A stretch of 64,000 bases of DNA from a virus. Lineage: Duplodnaviria; Heunggongvirae; Uroviricota; Caudoviricetes. The stretch lies in IMG/VR virus record IMGVR_UViG_3300031344_000001; one strand, written 5' to 3'. Positions 19,936 to 30,331 of this stretch are shown here, one piece after another (position 1 is the stretch's first letter; each line of letters starts with the position of its first letter). Both the position numbers and the translations under genes were made by a program. The notes under the pieces were generated by a model. The model had not been told where the DNA came from, did not search any database, and saw only the letters and a list, made by a program, of their open reading frames with translations.

Positions 19936-20739
19936 CTACCGACCTCCCCGCCACGAGGGCACCCGCGCGGCGATCTCCTGATCGAGCTGCCTCGGCGTCT
20001 TCTTGCGCGCGTGCAGCTGCATGCCGCGACGGGCCCCCTCCGCGCGCGCCTTGGCAACGTCGAGCTTCTCGTCACGATAGAAGCCGCGGAGTTGGCGGTC
20101 GGTCGCCCCGCGCAGGGCCTCCGGATCGTGGAGCCTCGTGTGGAGGTCGAGCCCCGCCTTCCGACTGCTGTGCGCGTGCTTGCCCCCCAAGCGTCCGTAC
20201 GCTTCGCCGAACCTCTCGCGAAGCCACGAGTGCATCTCGTCGGCGTCGGCGACCTTGAGGACCTGTTGCTTCTGCAAGGGTGCGCTCGCCGGCCACAGCA
20301 CGAAGTAGGCTTGATTTACCGGCGACCACGCGACCTTGAGGCCCTCGGGAACCTTCCACGCGATCTTCTTGCTCGCGTGAATCGTCGCGCCCTTCGGGGC
20401 TTTCTCCTGCTGCTGGTACTTCTTCGGCAAGAGGTGGTCGTAGTTGCCGAGCGCGTGCTCGTCCTCGAAGTCCGTCGTCAGCTCCTCCGCCACGGCCTTG
20501 CGCGTCGACGCAGGGAACAACTGGTGCCACACCTGGCCCGGCGATCCGAACTCCTTGGCGTACTTCTTCGCGCCGGCCTCGACGAGGTAGCCGAACAGCT
20601 TCACGGCGAGGGGGTGCTCGTACGCGCCGCGCGCCTTTTTGGTCGCGAGGTTCTTCAAGATCGACACGTGCTGCGACCTGTGCAGGTCGGCGTCGTTGTC
20701 GATGTAGAGCTTCAGCTCACGGGCTTCAATGGCGCTCAT
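19936..20739 (-). CDS. Multi-domain small protein with H[AS] linkers and C-terminal KTPRQLDQEIA tag
   Basis: TATGAT then GAGG upstream; ELKLYIDND-type phage domain at N-terminus. Confidence 0.7.
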   Translation of the reverse strand: MSAIEARELKLYIDNDADLHRSQHVSILKNLATKKARGAYEHPLAVKLFGYLVEAGAKKYAKEFGSPGQVWHQLFPASTRKAVAEELTTDFEDEHALGNYDHLLPKKYQQQEKAPKGATIHASKKIAWKVPEGLKVAWSPVNQAYFVLWPASAPLQKQQVLKVADADEMHSWLRERFGEAYGRLGGKHAHSSRKAGLDLHTRLHDPEALRGATDRQLRGFYRDEKLDVAKARAEGARRGMQLHARKKTPRQLDQEIAARVPSWRGGR

Positions 20740-20787
20740 GTGGACCTCGCCATCATACCTGGCGCGTGCATCGCAATCCGAAAGTAA

Positions 20788-21333
20788 TCAGACACCGTTC
20801 GTGTACTGGCCGCCCATGCCGAGACGCTTGGACGGATCCTCGATGAGAGGGTTGTCCTCGTAGGCGTCCGCGTACTGGTGCCAGCCCGGCAAGCCGACGC
20901 ACACGTGCACCATGCTGATCCCTTCCTCGGGGACCATGTGCGCGGGGTGCCCGAGGCCGATCATCACGTCCTTGGGGATCTGCCGCCACTTGATGACGGG
21001 CTCCGCCGGATGCCCCGCGACGCGCAGCTCGGCGACGCGCCACGCGACGAGGCGGTCGCAGTCACCGTGCCCGTCCGCGAGCACCGCGAGGCAGTCCTTC
21101 CAGTTCTCCTGGCCGGGAGGGTCCTCCTTGTAGCGCACACCCGAAGCGTAGAGCGGCGGGATCGGGTAGCCGAGGCCCTTCTGCGCGCGACGAAGCGCGC
21201 GACGAAGGTGCCACTCGTTCACCTTGATGAGCCCCTCAAGCAGCGGGATGATCGGCGCGAAGTGCCGGTCTTCGTCGCGATCGTCCTCGTCGAAGTGCGC
21301 GGGCAGTGTGATGTGGACCAGCGGCGTGATCAT
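20788..21333 (-). CDS. Transglutaminase-like (papain-fold) cysteine protease, candidate maturation protease
   Basis: LYASGVRY..E.W...GDCD (Cys), HV (His), EDPS (Asp) triad order; start MITPLVH coupled to upstream stop. Confidence 0.65.
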   Translation of the reverse strand: MITPLVHITLPAHFDEDDRDEDRHFAPIIPLLEGLIKVNEWHLRRALRRAQKGLGYPIPPLYASGVRYKEDPPGQENWKDCLAVLADGHGDCDRLVAWRVAELRVAGHPAEPVIKWRQIPKDVMIGLGHPAHMVPEEGISMVHVCVGLPGWHQYADAYEDNPLIEDPSKRLGMGGQYTNGV

Positions 21334-21509
21334 CGGTAGTGCCCCCGAGTTGGTGGTCTGGAAGGATCTGGCTCGACGGGCTCGGGAGGTGGTTCGTTCT
21401 GCCAGAGCGCCGGACGGCACCCGCGAGCGCGTAGGCGTAGGTAGATGAGGACGCCAAGAAGACCGGCGACGCCCACGCCCACGAGCTTCTGGGGCACCGT
21501 CGCGCTCAT
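21330..21509 (-). CDS. Small membrane protein ending RGHYR
   Basis: GGAGG RBS, ATGA overlap, one TM. Confidence 0.6.
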   Translation of the reverse strand: MSATVPQKLVGVGVAGLLGVLIYLRLRARGCRPALWQNEPPPEPVEPDPSRPPTRGHYR

Positions 21510-22186
21510 CGCGCGACCTCCGAGAGCGGCACCGAGGACGCCCCCAAGTCGAACGCCGCCGCATACCAGACATCGGTGTCCGCGGCCTGCTCGTTCGCCC
21601 AGCGTTGCAGACCCGCGCGCGTCCCGAAGATCGTCAGCTCGCTGCCCCAGGGAGAGTCGCGGTAGCCGATGAGCACGCGGTTGACCGCGGTCTGAATCCT
21701 CCGCGCCTGCTCGAGCGCCAGCGCACGGTACGCCGCAACTTGGCTCGCCCCGTAGCCGTGCGAAGGATAGCGCTGCACCGCGGCTGCCACGCCGTACGGC
21801 TGAATGCCGACTTGCGTGGCGCCCCCGTAGTCGTCGACGACGAGGCCCCACTGCGGCGCGTACTGGCGCAGCACCGCGTCGCGCGCGTACTCCGCGTACT
21901 CGGGGTAGGCGTCACCGCCGTAGTAGTCGTAGAGGTACCACCAGTACGCGTACCAGCCCTCGTCCCAGTACGGGAACCAGCGAGGCCACCATCCCCAGCC
22001 CTCGACGTTCGCGTAGTCGTGGTAGCGCTGGTGGGGCCACGGCGGAACGTCGTGGAAGTGGTGCCGGCGGTAGGTCGGGTGTACCGGCGGGCGCGGTACC
22101 TGCGGCAACGGCAACGACGCCGGACGCGCGAGCGCCGACGGCGCCCGCGTCACACCGCGGAAGTCACGCTCGCGAGGAGAGGCCAT
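21506..22186 (-). CDS. Trp/Tyr-rich protein with C-terminal YAAAFD domain
   Basis: 226 aa; C-terminal domain homologous to repeats in 14418-17189. Confidence 0.7.
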   Translation of the reverse strand: MASPRERDFRGVTRAPSALARPASLPLPQVPRPPVHPTYRRHHFHDVPPWPHQRYHDYANVEGWGWWPRWFPYWDEGWYAYWWYLYDYYGGDAYPEYAEYARDAVLRQYAPQWGLVVDDYGGATQVGIQPYGVAAAVQRYPSHGYGASQVAAYRALALEQARRIQTAVNRVLIGYRDSPWGSELTIFGTRAGLQRWANEQAADTDVWYAAAFDLGASSVPLSEVAR

Positions 22187-22833
22187 CAGAAGCGCTCCCA
22201 GAGGCGGTGGAGCAACTCGACGATCGACCCGCCGCTCGCGAGGATCGCCAGGATCTTAAGGTTCCGCTTGCGCCGGTCTCCCTTAGCCTTGACGTCGTCC
22301 ACCTGCTCCTCCTTGGTCACCTCGATCGCTGCGAGTTGCTGCGACTTGTCGACCTCGACCTTGGCCATGAACGTGACGTGATCGCGCTCGATCGTGTGCT
22401 CGGCGGTCTTCTTCACGAGGCCAAGCATCTCGGAGAGCACGCGATCTTGCCCGTCAAGCTTCCCGGTCGCGCCCGCGACCTCCGTGCGAACGTCCGCCAC
22501 GTTGACGGCGAGCTGCTTGACGTCAGCACGCACGTCCTTGACGTCACCCTTCAGCTCGTCGTGCTTCTTCTCGACATCCTTCTTGAACTCGTCGTGCTTC
22601 TTCTCGAGCCGGCCGATCCGCTCGGTGTCGGGACGTTGCGCGCGGCGCTCGTCGAGCTCGTCGCCCTCGTAGCGGCCGGTGATCTCGTCGCTACCGAACT
22701 CCTTCGCGACAGCGGCGGCGTCACGCTCACGGCGAGCTGCAAGACCCCCCACGTCGCGCTCGTCCTGGCTCTGCATGCGCGATGACTTCTTCGTTCCCAG
22801 GGGTGGTGGCGTTCTGCGACTGCTGTCGGACAT
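22186..22833 (-). CDS. Coiled-coil protein with C-terminal hydrophobic anchor
   Basis: Heptad-like EKKHDE repeats; coupled to downstream gene. Confidence 0.7.
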   Translation of the reverse strand: MSDSSRRTPPPLGTKKSSRMQSQDERDVGGLAARRERDAAAVAKEFGSDEITGRYEGDELDERRAQRPDTERIGRLEKKHDEFKKDVEKKHDELKGDVKDVRADVKQLAVNVADVRTEVAGATGKLDGQDRVLSEMLGLVKKTAEHTIERDHVTFMAKVEVDKSQQLAAIEVTKEEQVDDVKAKGDRRKRNLKILAILASGGSIVELLHRLWERF

Positions 22834-22984
22834 AGGGCGAATTAAGAAGAGCGTTCATCATGTTCCAAGCGGTCCGCGGCCCCCGCGGCTCGTTCATTTC
22901 GTTGGAAGACCGCCACCAGATCGAACGGCGCCTTCGCCGCGGCACCACCGCCCTTCGGAGCTTCCTTTGACTGATTCGATCGAC

Positions 22985-23323
22985 CTAGTCGATCTCGGCA
23001 CCGAGCAGGTAGTGCACCCGGCGACGGTGACGGTGCGCGAAGAAGCGCCGAGAGCCCCAGTGCGGGAACTCGGCGTCGTCGTCACCGCTCTCGATCGGCA
23101 AGCTGATGGTCGGCCAGTCGTACTGGCCGTACGGCCAACCCCAGCCGCCCCAGCCCCAGGGACCGCCCCAGCCGCCGCCCCAGCCACCCCAGCCATGACC
23201 GTAGCCCCCATGACCATGGCCGCCGTGACCGCCGCCGCCGCGACCGCCATGACCGCCACCACCATGACCGCCCCCACCGCCGCCGCCGCGTCCGACCTGC
23301 GTCCCGTAGACTCCGCGCGGCAC
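22985..23323 (-). CDS. Gly/His/Trp-rich low-complexity protein starting MPRGVYGTQVG
   Basis: GTG start just after stop of 23325 gene. Confidence 0.6.
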   Translation of the reverse strand: MPRGVYGTQVGRGGGGGGGHGGGGHGGRGGGGHGGHGHGGYGHGWGGWGGGWGGPWGWGGWGWPYGQYDWPTISLPIESGDDDAEFPHWGSRRFFAHRHRRRVHYLLGAEID

Positions 23324-23324
23324 G

Positions 23325-24125
23325 CTACACCGCCGCCGTGCCGACCATCGCCCCGAAAAAGGGGCAGCCGGACTCGTTGAGGCCGATGTACGTGACCACG
23401 ACGACGACGTCCATCGCCGTCTGCGCCGCCTCGAAGCGGACGAACGTGTCGATCGCGTTCGTCGCGAACAGGTCACCCGGGACGTCGCCCGACTGGACGA
23501 ACTGCGACCGGTTGCCGATCTTGATGTCGTTCACGATCCAGTCGGCCGCGCCGCCCGCCGTGCCCGCGTTCGAGATCACGAAGCGACCGATCTTGAAGAC
23601 CAGGGTCTGCGGGCGACCCGTGATCTGCGCCGACTGCGTCGGCAGGATCGGCACGCCCGTCGACATCGGGAGGATGTCGCGGTTCGCCTGCGTCGGCAGC
23701 GGAGCGTCCACCACCGCCGCGCGCGCTTGGAACGGGAACGAGGGGTCGAACCCGACACTGGGGCCCGTGATGTCGTACCAACCCGCAGCGGTCGCGGTCG
23801 GCGGACCATCCAGCGCCGGGGCCCCACCGGGAACCGGCACCGGTACCGGCACCGGCACCGGCACCTGCACCTGCTGCTGTTGCTGCTGGAGCATCTGGTA
23901 GTAGGCCGCCCAGTAAGCGGCCGGGTCGGGCGCGGGCGCGAACGGCGGCATGCCGCAGTCGCCGTCGCCGTCGTCGCAATTCCCGCCACCACCACCGCCA
24001 CCCCAAGGGCGGTGGTGCGGATGGAAACGACGGCGAGTGCTCATGCGCGGGCCGCCACGACCGACGATGGGGCCGGCAACGTCATGCCACTTGCCGAGGA
24101 GTGCGTAGATTTGGCGGGGGTCCAT
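23325..24125 (-). CDS. Putative major capsid-like protein, copy A (conserved ~137-aa beta domain)
   Basis: C-terminal FPFQARA...GTAAV near-identical to copies B and C; capsid role inferred. Confidence 0.7.
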   Translation of the reverse strand: MDPRQIYALLGKWHDVAGPIVGRGGPRMSTRRRFHPHHRPWGGGGGGGNCDDGDGDCGMPPFAPAPDPAAYWAAYYQMLQQQQQQVQVPVPVPVPVPVPGGAPALDGPPTATAAGWYDITGPSVGFDPSFPFQARAAVVDAPLPTQANRDILPMSTGVPILPTQSAQITGRPQTLVFKIGRFVISNAGTAGGAADWIVNDIKIGNRSQFVQSGDVPGDLFATNAIDTFVRFEAAQTAMDVVVVVTYIGLNESGCPFFGAMVGTAAV

Positions 24126-24274
24126 ATTCGATGCCCTTTCGAGTTTCAGCGCGCCTCCCTCGTCAACGAGGAAGTGCCACGCTCATTCGTCTTCTTCGTT
24201 TTTTGCGCTCGAGCGAGGAATCGAACCTCGCGTGACCACTTTCGAGCTACCTTCCCGACGACGTGCGACGCTGA

Positions 24275-24520
24275 CTACCAGCCTTCGCGCGCCCAGTGAC
24301 CGGCCACGCCTCCGTAGCCAGGCACCCAGCGCCACCCCGGGTAGTACGCCGGCTGCTGCTGCTGGTACTGCTGCTGCTGCTGCTGGTACTGCCACCACCG
24401 CTGCTGCTGCCACTCGGGCAGCCGCTCCCACTCCACGCGCGATCGCTGCCACGCGGTGGGGGCCCTGCGCCGCCACCAACGCTCTTCGCCGACGTACGTT
24501 CCGTAACGTCCGCGACCCAT
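24275..24520 (-). CDS. Gln/Trp-rich small protein starting MGRGRYGTYVG
   Basis: ATG two bases after stop of copy B. Confidence 0.6.
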   Translation of the reverse strand: MGRGRYGTYVGEERWWRRRAPTAWQRSRVEWERLPEWQQQRWWQYQQQQQQYQQQQPAYYPGWRWVPGYGGVAGHWAREGW

Positions 24521-24522
24521 GG

Positions 24523-25317
<795 letters not shown>

Positions 25318-25318
25318 G

Positions 25319-25993
25319 TCAGACCGCCGCGGTTCCGACCATCGCGCCGAAGAACGGGCAGCCGGACTCGTTGAGGCCGATGTACGTGACCACGACGACG
25401 ACGTCCATCGCCGTCTGCGCCGCCTCGAAGCGCACGAACGTGTCGATCGCGTTCGTCGCGAACAGGTCACCCGGGACGTCGCCCGACTGGACGAACTGCG
25501 ACCGGTTGCCGATCTTGATGTCGTTCACGATCCAGTCGGCCGCGCCGCCGGCCGTGCCCGCGTTCGAGATCACGAAGCGACCGATCTTGAAGACCAGGGT
25601 CTGCGGGCGACCCGTGATCTGCGCCGACTGCGTCGGCAGGATCGGCACGCCCGTCGACATCGGGAGGATGTCGCGGTTCGCCTGCGTCGGCAGCGGAGCG
25701 TCCACCACCGCCGCGCGCGCCTGGAACGGGAAGTCCGCGTACTGCTGCTGCTGGTGGTGGTGCTGCGGCATCGGCGGCGGGCCCATCGGGGGCGCGAACG
25801 GCGGCGGGGCCGGCAGCGACGGGGCGTCGGCGCCCATCATGGCGTACGGGTTGCGCTGGGCGCCGTAGCTGCCGCCGTACGGGCCGCGGTGGCCGTAGCC
25901 GAAGCCGACCTGCGGGCCGACGATGTCGTACCAGCCGGCGAGGAGCGCCTGCACCTGGTGGGGGTTGAGCTGCGGAGGACGGTGCGAGTGCAT
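25319..25993 (-). CDS. Putative major capsid-like protein, copy C
   Basis: Start MHSHRPP after GAAAGG; shared beta domain. Confidence 0.7.
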   Translation of the reverse strand: MHSHRPPQLNPHQVQALLAGWYDIVGPQVGFGYGHRGPYGGSYGAQRNPYAMMGADAPSLPAPPPFAPPMGPPPMPQHHHQQQQYADFPFQARAAVVDAPLPTQANRDILPMSTGVPILPTQSAQITGRPQTLVFKIGRFVISNAGTAGGAADWIVNDIKIGNRSQFVQSGDVPGDLFATNAIDTFVRFEAAQTAMDVVVVVTYIGLNESGCPFFGAMVGTAAV

Positions 25994-26216
25994 AGAGGAA
26001 CCTTTCGTTCGCGACAAAGCTGTCGCTGCGCGGTCGCGTAAACGCGCCGCAAGAGAGGGAGACGGGTTGGTGCTCGAACCTCGCGCTCGAGGTCGGCTAA
26101 CGACGGGAACGTGGCTCCTCGCACTTGAGGGGCGACGCTCTCGTGGTCAAGCCCTCGCGCGCCGACCGGGAAAGCCGGCGCGTCAGGGCTGGATCACAAG
26201 ATCCAGTGAGTCACGA

Positions 26217-26735
26217 CTACGGGTGCGCCGGGGCCCTCGCGGCCTGCTGCATCCGATGGACGATGGAGGCCATCTGCCCTTCGGAGAGATCGCCGTGCAC
26301 CGCCGGAGCTTCGGTCGGCCAGCCGGGCTGCCCGTACGGATCCTTCCAGGGATGACCGGTGTGGTCACCGAGGACCTTGCCCGTGTCACGCCAGCGCTTG
26401 CCGAACGCGTAGCCCGTCGCAGCGAGATAGCTGCCGATGAGGCCGTTGCCGAGGTTGTTGAAGTGCTCGCTGAGCGAGTCACCCGCGAGGTCGGTGTGCC
26501 CGACCGCGAGGAAGACGGCGCCCGCGAGCAGGTTGACCGGCAGCGGACCGAGCGAGGGTCCACCGAAGCGCCCCTCGATCAGACCGCCGGCCCACGCGCC
26601 CGCGGCCGTCTCGATGGTGCTGAACGCCTTGTGCGAGAAGCCCGCGAAGCGATCGCGCATGCCATCGAGCTTCTTCATCGTCGCGTGATGGCGACGCGCC
26701 AGGTGATGAAGGTGTTCTTCGGTGATGTTGGCCAT
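26217..26735 (-). CDS. Putative virion membrane protein, paralogue 1
   Basis: ITEEHLHH.ARRHH...AGAWAGGLIEGRFGG..LGPLPVNLLAGAVFLAVG core shared with 26866-27303. Confidence 0.75.
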   Translation of the reverse strand: MANITEEHLHHLARRHHATMKKLDGMRDRFAGFSHKAFSTIETAAGAWAGGLIEGRFGGPSLGPLPVNLLAGAVFLAVGHTDLAGDSLSEHFNNLGNGLIGSYLAATGYAFGKRWRDTGKVLGDHTGHPWKDPYGQPGWPTEAPAVHGDLSEGQMASIVHRMQQAARAPAHP

Positions 26736-26865
26736 GAGTCCTTTGATCCTTGATCTTCTTGCTCTGGGGGAACGACGGCGGCCCCCGACATGGAGCCCTT
26801 CTGATCACCCACGGCCCGCGCCGAGGGCTTCTCGGGACGGGCCTTAGGCGCAAGCGTGCCGGACG

Positions 26866-27303
26866 CTACGGCGCCGGGGGCGCGCCCTGCGGCCAGCCGG
26901 CGTTCTCGTACGGACGCGAGAAGGGATGGCCGCCACCCCCGGTCAGCTGCTTGGTGTCGCGCCAGCGCTTGCCGAACGCGTAGCCCGTCGCGGCGAGGTA
27001 GCTGCCGACGAGGCCGTTGCCGAGGTTGTTGAAGTGATCGCTGAGCTTGTCGCCGGCGAGATCGGTGTGTCCGACCGCGAGGAAGACGGCGCCCGCGAGC
27101 AGGTTGACCGGCAGCGGGCCAAGCGTGGCCCCACCGAAGCGTCCCTCGATCAGACCGCCGGCCCACGCGCCCGCGGCCGTCTCGATGGTGCTGAACGACT
27201 TCTGGGAGAAGTTCGTGAACTTCTCGCGAAAACCGTCGAGCTTCTTCATCGTCGCGTGGTGGCGACGTGCCATGTGATGGAGGTGTTCTTCGGTGATGTG
27301 CAT
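26866..27303 (-). CDS. Putative virion membrane protein, paralogue 2
   Basis: Near-identical core to 26217-26735. Confidence 0.75.
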   Translation of the reverse strand: MHITEEHLHHMARRHHATMKKLDGFREKFTNFSQKSFSTIETAAGAWAGGLIEGRFGGATLGPLPVNLLAGAVFLAVGHTDLAGDKLSDHFNNLGNGLVGSYLAATGYAFGKRWRDTKQLTGGGGHPFSRPYENAGWPQGAPPAP

Positions 27304-27388
27304 GTTCTTTGATCAGCTGAGGCCCGACCGCGGGCTGCGCGGTACGGGCCACGGCGCGAAGAGCGCCGCTCATCTGTGACTGCCCCTG

Positions 27389-27724
27389 CTAGGGCTTCAC
27401 GACCTGGGGAGTGTCCCCGTGCATCTGCACCTCGACGCGGGGCTGCACGCTCATCTTTTCGAGCTGTGCGCACGCCTCGCGCCCACTGTCGGTCAACCGC
27501 AGCACCCAACGGCTGACGGTCGAGCGAGCCTCGTCGACCAAGATCAACTCGCGATTGGCCAACGAGCTCAGGCCCGCGATGACGCGGGGACGATTCTCCT
27601 CCGCGATACCTTCGATGTGGAGGCCGAACTCCCCACCGGTCTGCATCAAGGTCGAGAGGATCTTGACGTCGAAGGCCGTGAGACCCGCGTGGCGGAGCCG
27701 CCCGAGTGCGTACTGATCCGTCAC
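27389..27724 (-). CDS. Winged-helix DNA-binding-like protein
   Basis: GLT..DVKIL..L...V...LSSL..RELI.......LT..GR pattern; GTGA coupling. Confidence 0.55.
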   Translation of the reverse strand: MTDQYALGRLRHAGLTAFDVKILSTLMQTGGEFGLHIEGIAEENRPRVIAGLSSLANRELILVDEARSTVSRWVLRLTDSGREACAQLEKMSVQPRVEVQMHGDTPQVVKP

Positions 27725-28086
27725 GGCGCCTTCTCCAGGGAGCGCAGGATCTGGTTCGCGAACTCGCGTGAGCTGCACTCCGTGCGCGCGTTGCCCCCGT
27801 CGGTGACCACGAAGATCGGGGCTCCGGACTTCGGGTCGGACGCCTCGACGATGTAGAAATGAGGTCTGCGTGCGACCACGGTCGTCTTGACGGGTTCCTT
27901 GACGGACGTCTTGGTGGACACCTTGGTCGCGACTGCCTGGGCGTCGATGACCGAGCGCTTCGCGCGGCGACCGTGGTGCTGCTCGGCCGTGCGCTTGCCG
28001 CGATTGAGAGCGTGGTCGGCCACATCGACACCCTTGTCGATGAAGTCGAAGACGCGATCGATAGCGTCGAGGGTCGAATCCGGCAC
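27721..28086 (-). CDS. Hypothetical protein, first gene of the leftward block
   Basis: 121-aa ORF. Confidence 0.65.
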   Translation of the reverse strand: MPDSTLDAIDRVFDFIDKGVDVADHALNRGKRTAEQHHGRRAKRSVIDAQAVATKVSTKTSVKEPVKTTVVARRPHFYIVEASDPKSGAPIFVVTDGGNARTECSSREFANQILRSLEKAP

Positions 28087-28189
28087 GAACCAGAAGTAGC
28101 CCGCCCGTAAGCGCTGCGCGAAAATTCCCTTCCCCTAAGCTTTAACGCTAAAGTTTGGCGGCTTGTCGCTTAGCCCCACCCACCCATCG
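28087..28189. promoter_or_regulatory. AT-richer divergent promoter region
   Basis: Strand switch point with local AT enrichment. Confidence 0.4.
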
Positions 28190-28825
28190 ATGAAACACAC
28201 AGTTACCTCCTATAAGGTCCCCGGCAAAAACCCTGAGATTGCGCCAAAGAAAATTCCGCCAGACACGCGAGACTGGCTGACACGCAACGAAGCCTCCGAC
28301 ATGTTGGCGTGCTCGGGGCAGACCCTCGCGAACCACGAACGCAAGGGCGAGCTGCACCCTCAGCACGCCTATCGCCCCGACGGCCGAGGTGTCGAGCACC
28401 GCGTGATCGTGTACAGCCCCCACGAGCTAAAGAAGCTCGCCATCCGCATGAACCGGCCCGGCGTGGTGTCTCCTCGCCACGCGGGAGAGATCACCGCGCG
28501 TGCCTTCGAGCTGATCGAAGAGGGCCGATCGGGAAGAGAGATCGTTCGAGAGCTACGCTTGACGATCGAGGAAGTGAGGGAGCTCCGTGAGAAGTGGGAC
28601 ACCGAAGGAGGCTCGGAGATCATCATCTCACCGAGCGCCAAGGAGGCCCTCGAGAAAGTCTTTGGCCCCTTCAAGGACGTGACCCAGCTGGTGGAATGCG
28701 TGACCACTACGAAGCTCTTCATCACGCCGAGCGCCAAAGAGGCCCTCGAACAGCTCGTCGGCAGTCCCTTCGAGAGCGTGCACGCGCTCGTCGGACTAGT
28801 CGCGAAGAAACTCGGAGCCGTGTGA
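28190..28825 (+). CDS. HTH (MerR/excisionase-like) DNA-binding protein with duplicated PSAKEALE module
   Basis: WLTRNEASDMLACSGQTLANHERKG HTH; second HTH GRSGREIVRELRL. Confidence 0.65.
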   Translation: MKHTVTSYKVPGKNPEIAPKKIPPDTRDWLTRNEASDMLACSGQTLANHERKGELHPQHAYRPDGRGVEHRVIVYSPHELKKLAIRMNRPGVVSPRHAGEITARAFELIEEGRSGREIVRELRLTIEEVRELREKWDTEGGSEIIISPSAKEALEKVFGPFKDVTQLVECVTTTKLFITPSAKEALEQLVGSPFESVHALVGLVAKKLGAV

Positions 28826-29095
28826 ACGAACGGCCAACGCAGGAGTGCTCTCCCGCACCCCTCGACAAAGCTTCGCGGGACAACAAGGCAAACGATCTCG
28901 CCGAAGAGCTTCGCGGGCTGCTCGCGCCCTATCAAACGATCTTGGACGACGGCACCCTCCGCAAGATCCTCGACTAGCCACGCCGAAGCGACACGCCTTC
29001 AAGCGGCGCATGTCCATCCAGAAGCGCTCCCTCATGGGACGCATCTACCGCGCGTACAGGGCCTTCTTCGAGCCCTCCATCGAGGAATCCTGCCG

Positions 29096-29509
29096 TTGAA
29101 CAACAACGGCGAGAACGTCTTACCAAAACAGACGTGCTGCATCACAGGGCGCGTGCAGTCCGACGGCTTCTGGCCGGACCGCTTGATGATTTCAAACGCA
29201 GGTACCGAAAACGGCGCCGCGGACTGGATCGTGAACGACCTCAGAATCGCGGGCAGGTCGCAGTTCCTTCAAGCCGGCGACCTCCCAGGCGACGCGGCCG
29301 TGAACTCGTGCGTACGCTTCGACGTGGCCAAAACGGCCACGGACGTCCAACTGATCGTGACGTACATCGGCACGAACGAGAAGGGCTGCCCCTTCTACGG
29401 ATCGATCACGGGCATGGAATACGACCCTGGCCTGCTCGACATCGTGCGCGAGGCGATCGCACAGGCGCTCAATTCAGCGGCTCATGGGTTGAGCCCCCGT
29501 CCGTACTGA
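29096..29509 (+). CDS. Diverged paralogue of the capsid-like beta domain
   Basis: ISNAGTENGAADWIVNDLRIAGRSQFLQAGDLPGD...VTYIGTNEKGCPFYG aligns to copies A-C. Confidence 0.75.
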   Translation: MNNNGENVLPKQTCCITGRVQSDGFWPDRLMISNAGTENGAADWIVNDLRIAGRSQFLQAGDLPGDAAVNSCVRFDVAKTATDVQLIVTYIGTNEKGCPFYGSITGMEYDPGLLDIVREAIAQALNSAAHGLSPRPY

Positions 29510-29617
29510 GACACGGGACGCTGACGCTGAACGCTGCCGATGACTGCGTGGGTAGCCCGCCACCCGTATCGGCACCACCACGCGTAAGGTCCTCGATCCC
29601 CGCAAGCCCTGTTTGTC

Positions 29618-29662
29618 GACGCGCACTTGCGCGGAGAGGCACCTCGGCACGCTTGCTGCTCT
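29618..29662 (+). promoter_or_regulatory. Conserved upstream element with sigma54-like -24/-12 core (copy 1)
   Basis: CACTTGCGCG-N7-CACCTCGGCACGCTTGCTGCTCT; GG-N10-GC spacing. Confidence 0.5.
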
Positions 29663-29672
29663 ACGAGAGCCT

Positions 29673-30071
29673 ATGAAATGGCACCTGCAAATCGTTCGCA
29701 CCCTGTGGGTGCTCTGGGGCTACGGGCCGCGCGTGGAAGGCGGACGCTCGATGCATGTCGAACGCGCCGTGCTCAAGCTCGGCAACCTCGGTGGACTACC
29801 CTTCGAGTTGCCCTTCGAGTTGCCGGAAGCTTCGCGCAAACTGCCAGCTGCACAGGAACACGAGCGGCGCGTCGGTTACGGCTGGCGCTGGAACCTCGAA
29901 GACGGCACTGCGGGGCATTCTTGGCGCTTCGCCGAGAGCTCCGAGGAGTGCCTCGCGACGGCGAAGCGCAGCATGGAGCACCAGCGCTTCGATACGCAGC
30001 GCATCTTCGCAGAAGCGATCAAGGACGTTCGATTCACCGATGAATTGGAGGAAGCCCAAGCCCAATGCTGA
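29673..30071 (+). CDS. Hypothetical protein
   Basis: ATG follows conserved element. Confidence 0.55.
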   Translation: MKWHLQIVRTLWVLWGYGPRVEGGRSMHVERAVLKLGNLGGLPFELPFELPEASRKLPAAQEHERRVGYGWRWNLEDGTAGHSWRFAESSEECLATAKRSMEHQRFDTQRIFAEAIKDVRFTDELEEAQAQC

Positions 30072-30262
30072 CCGCCGACACGATCACCGACGAGCAGATC
30101 ATGATCTTGTTTCTTGCGAGCGCGATCTCCGCCGACACGGCGCACGAGGCGACGAACACCGGCGTCTGGCCGCGTGAACGTGAAGCTGCACGCGCCCGCT
30201 GCGCCGAGATCCTCAACGCCCGTCATGGGCTCAAAACGCTAGTGCCTCCTCCGGGTACCTGA
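30065..30262 (+). CDS. Small hypothetical protein (TITDEQI family)
   Basis: GGAGG RBS; similar to C-terminus of 47010-47306. Confidence 0.6.
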   Translation: MLTADTITDEQIMILFLASAISADTAHEATNTGVWPREREAARARCAEILNARHGLKTLVPPPGT

Positions 30263-30331
30263 TTACCCGTATTGGGCGTGCCACAAGCGTGGTTCGGCGA
30301 ACGCTGGGTGCCCAGCTACCCAGCGTTCGCG

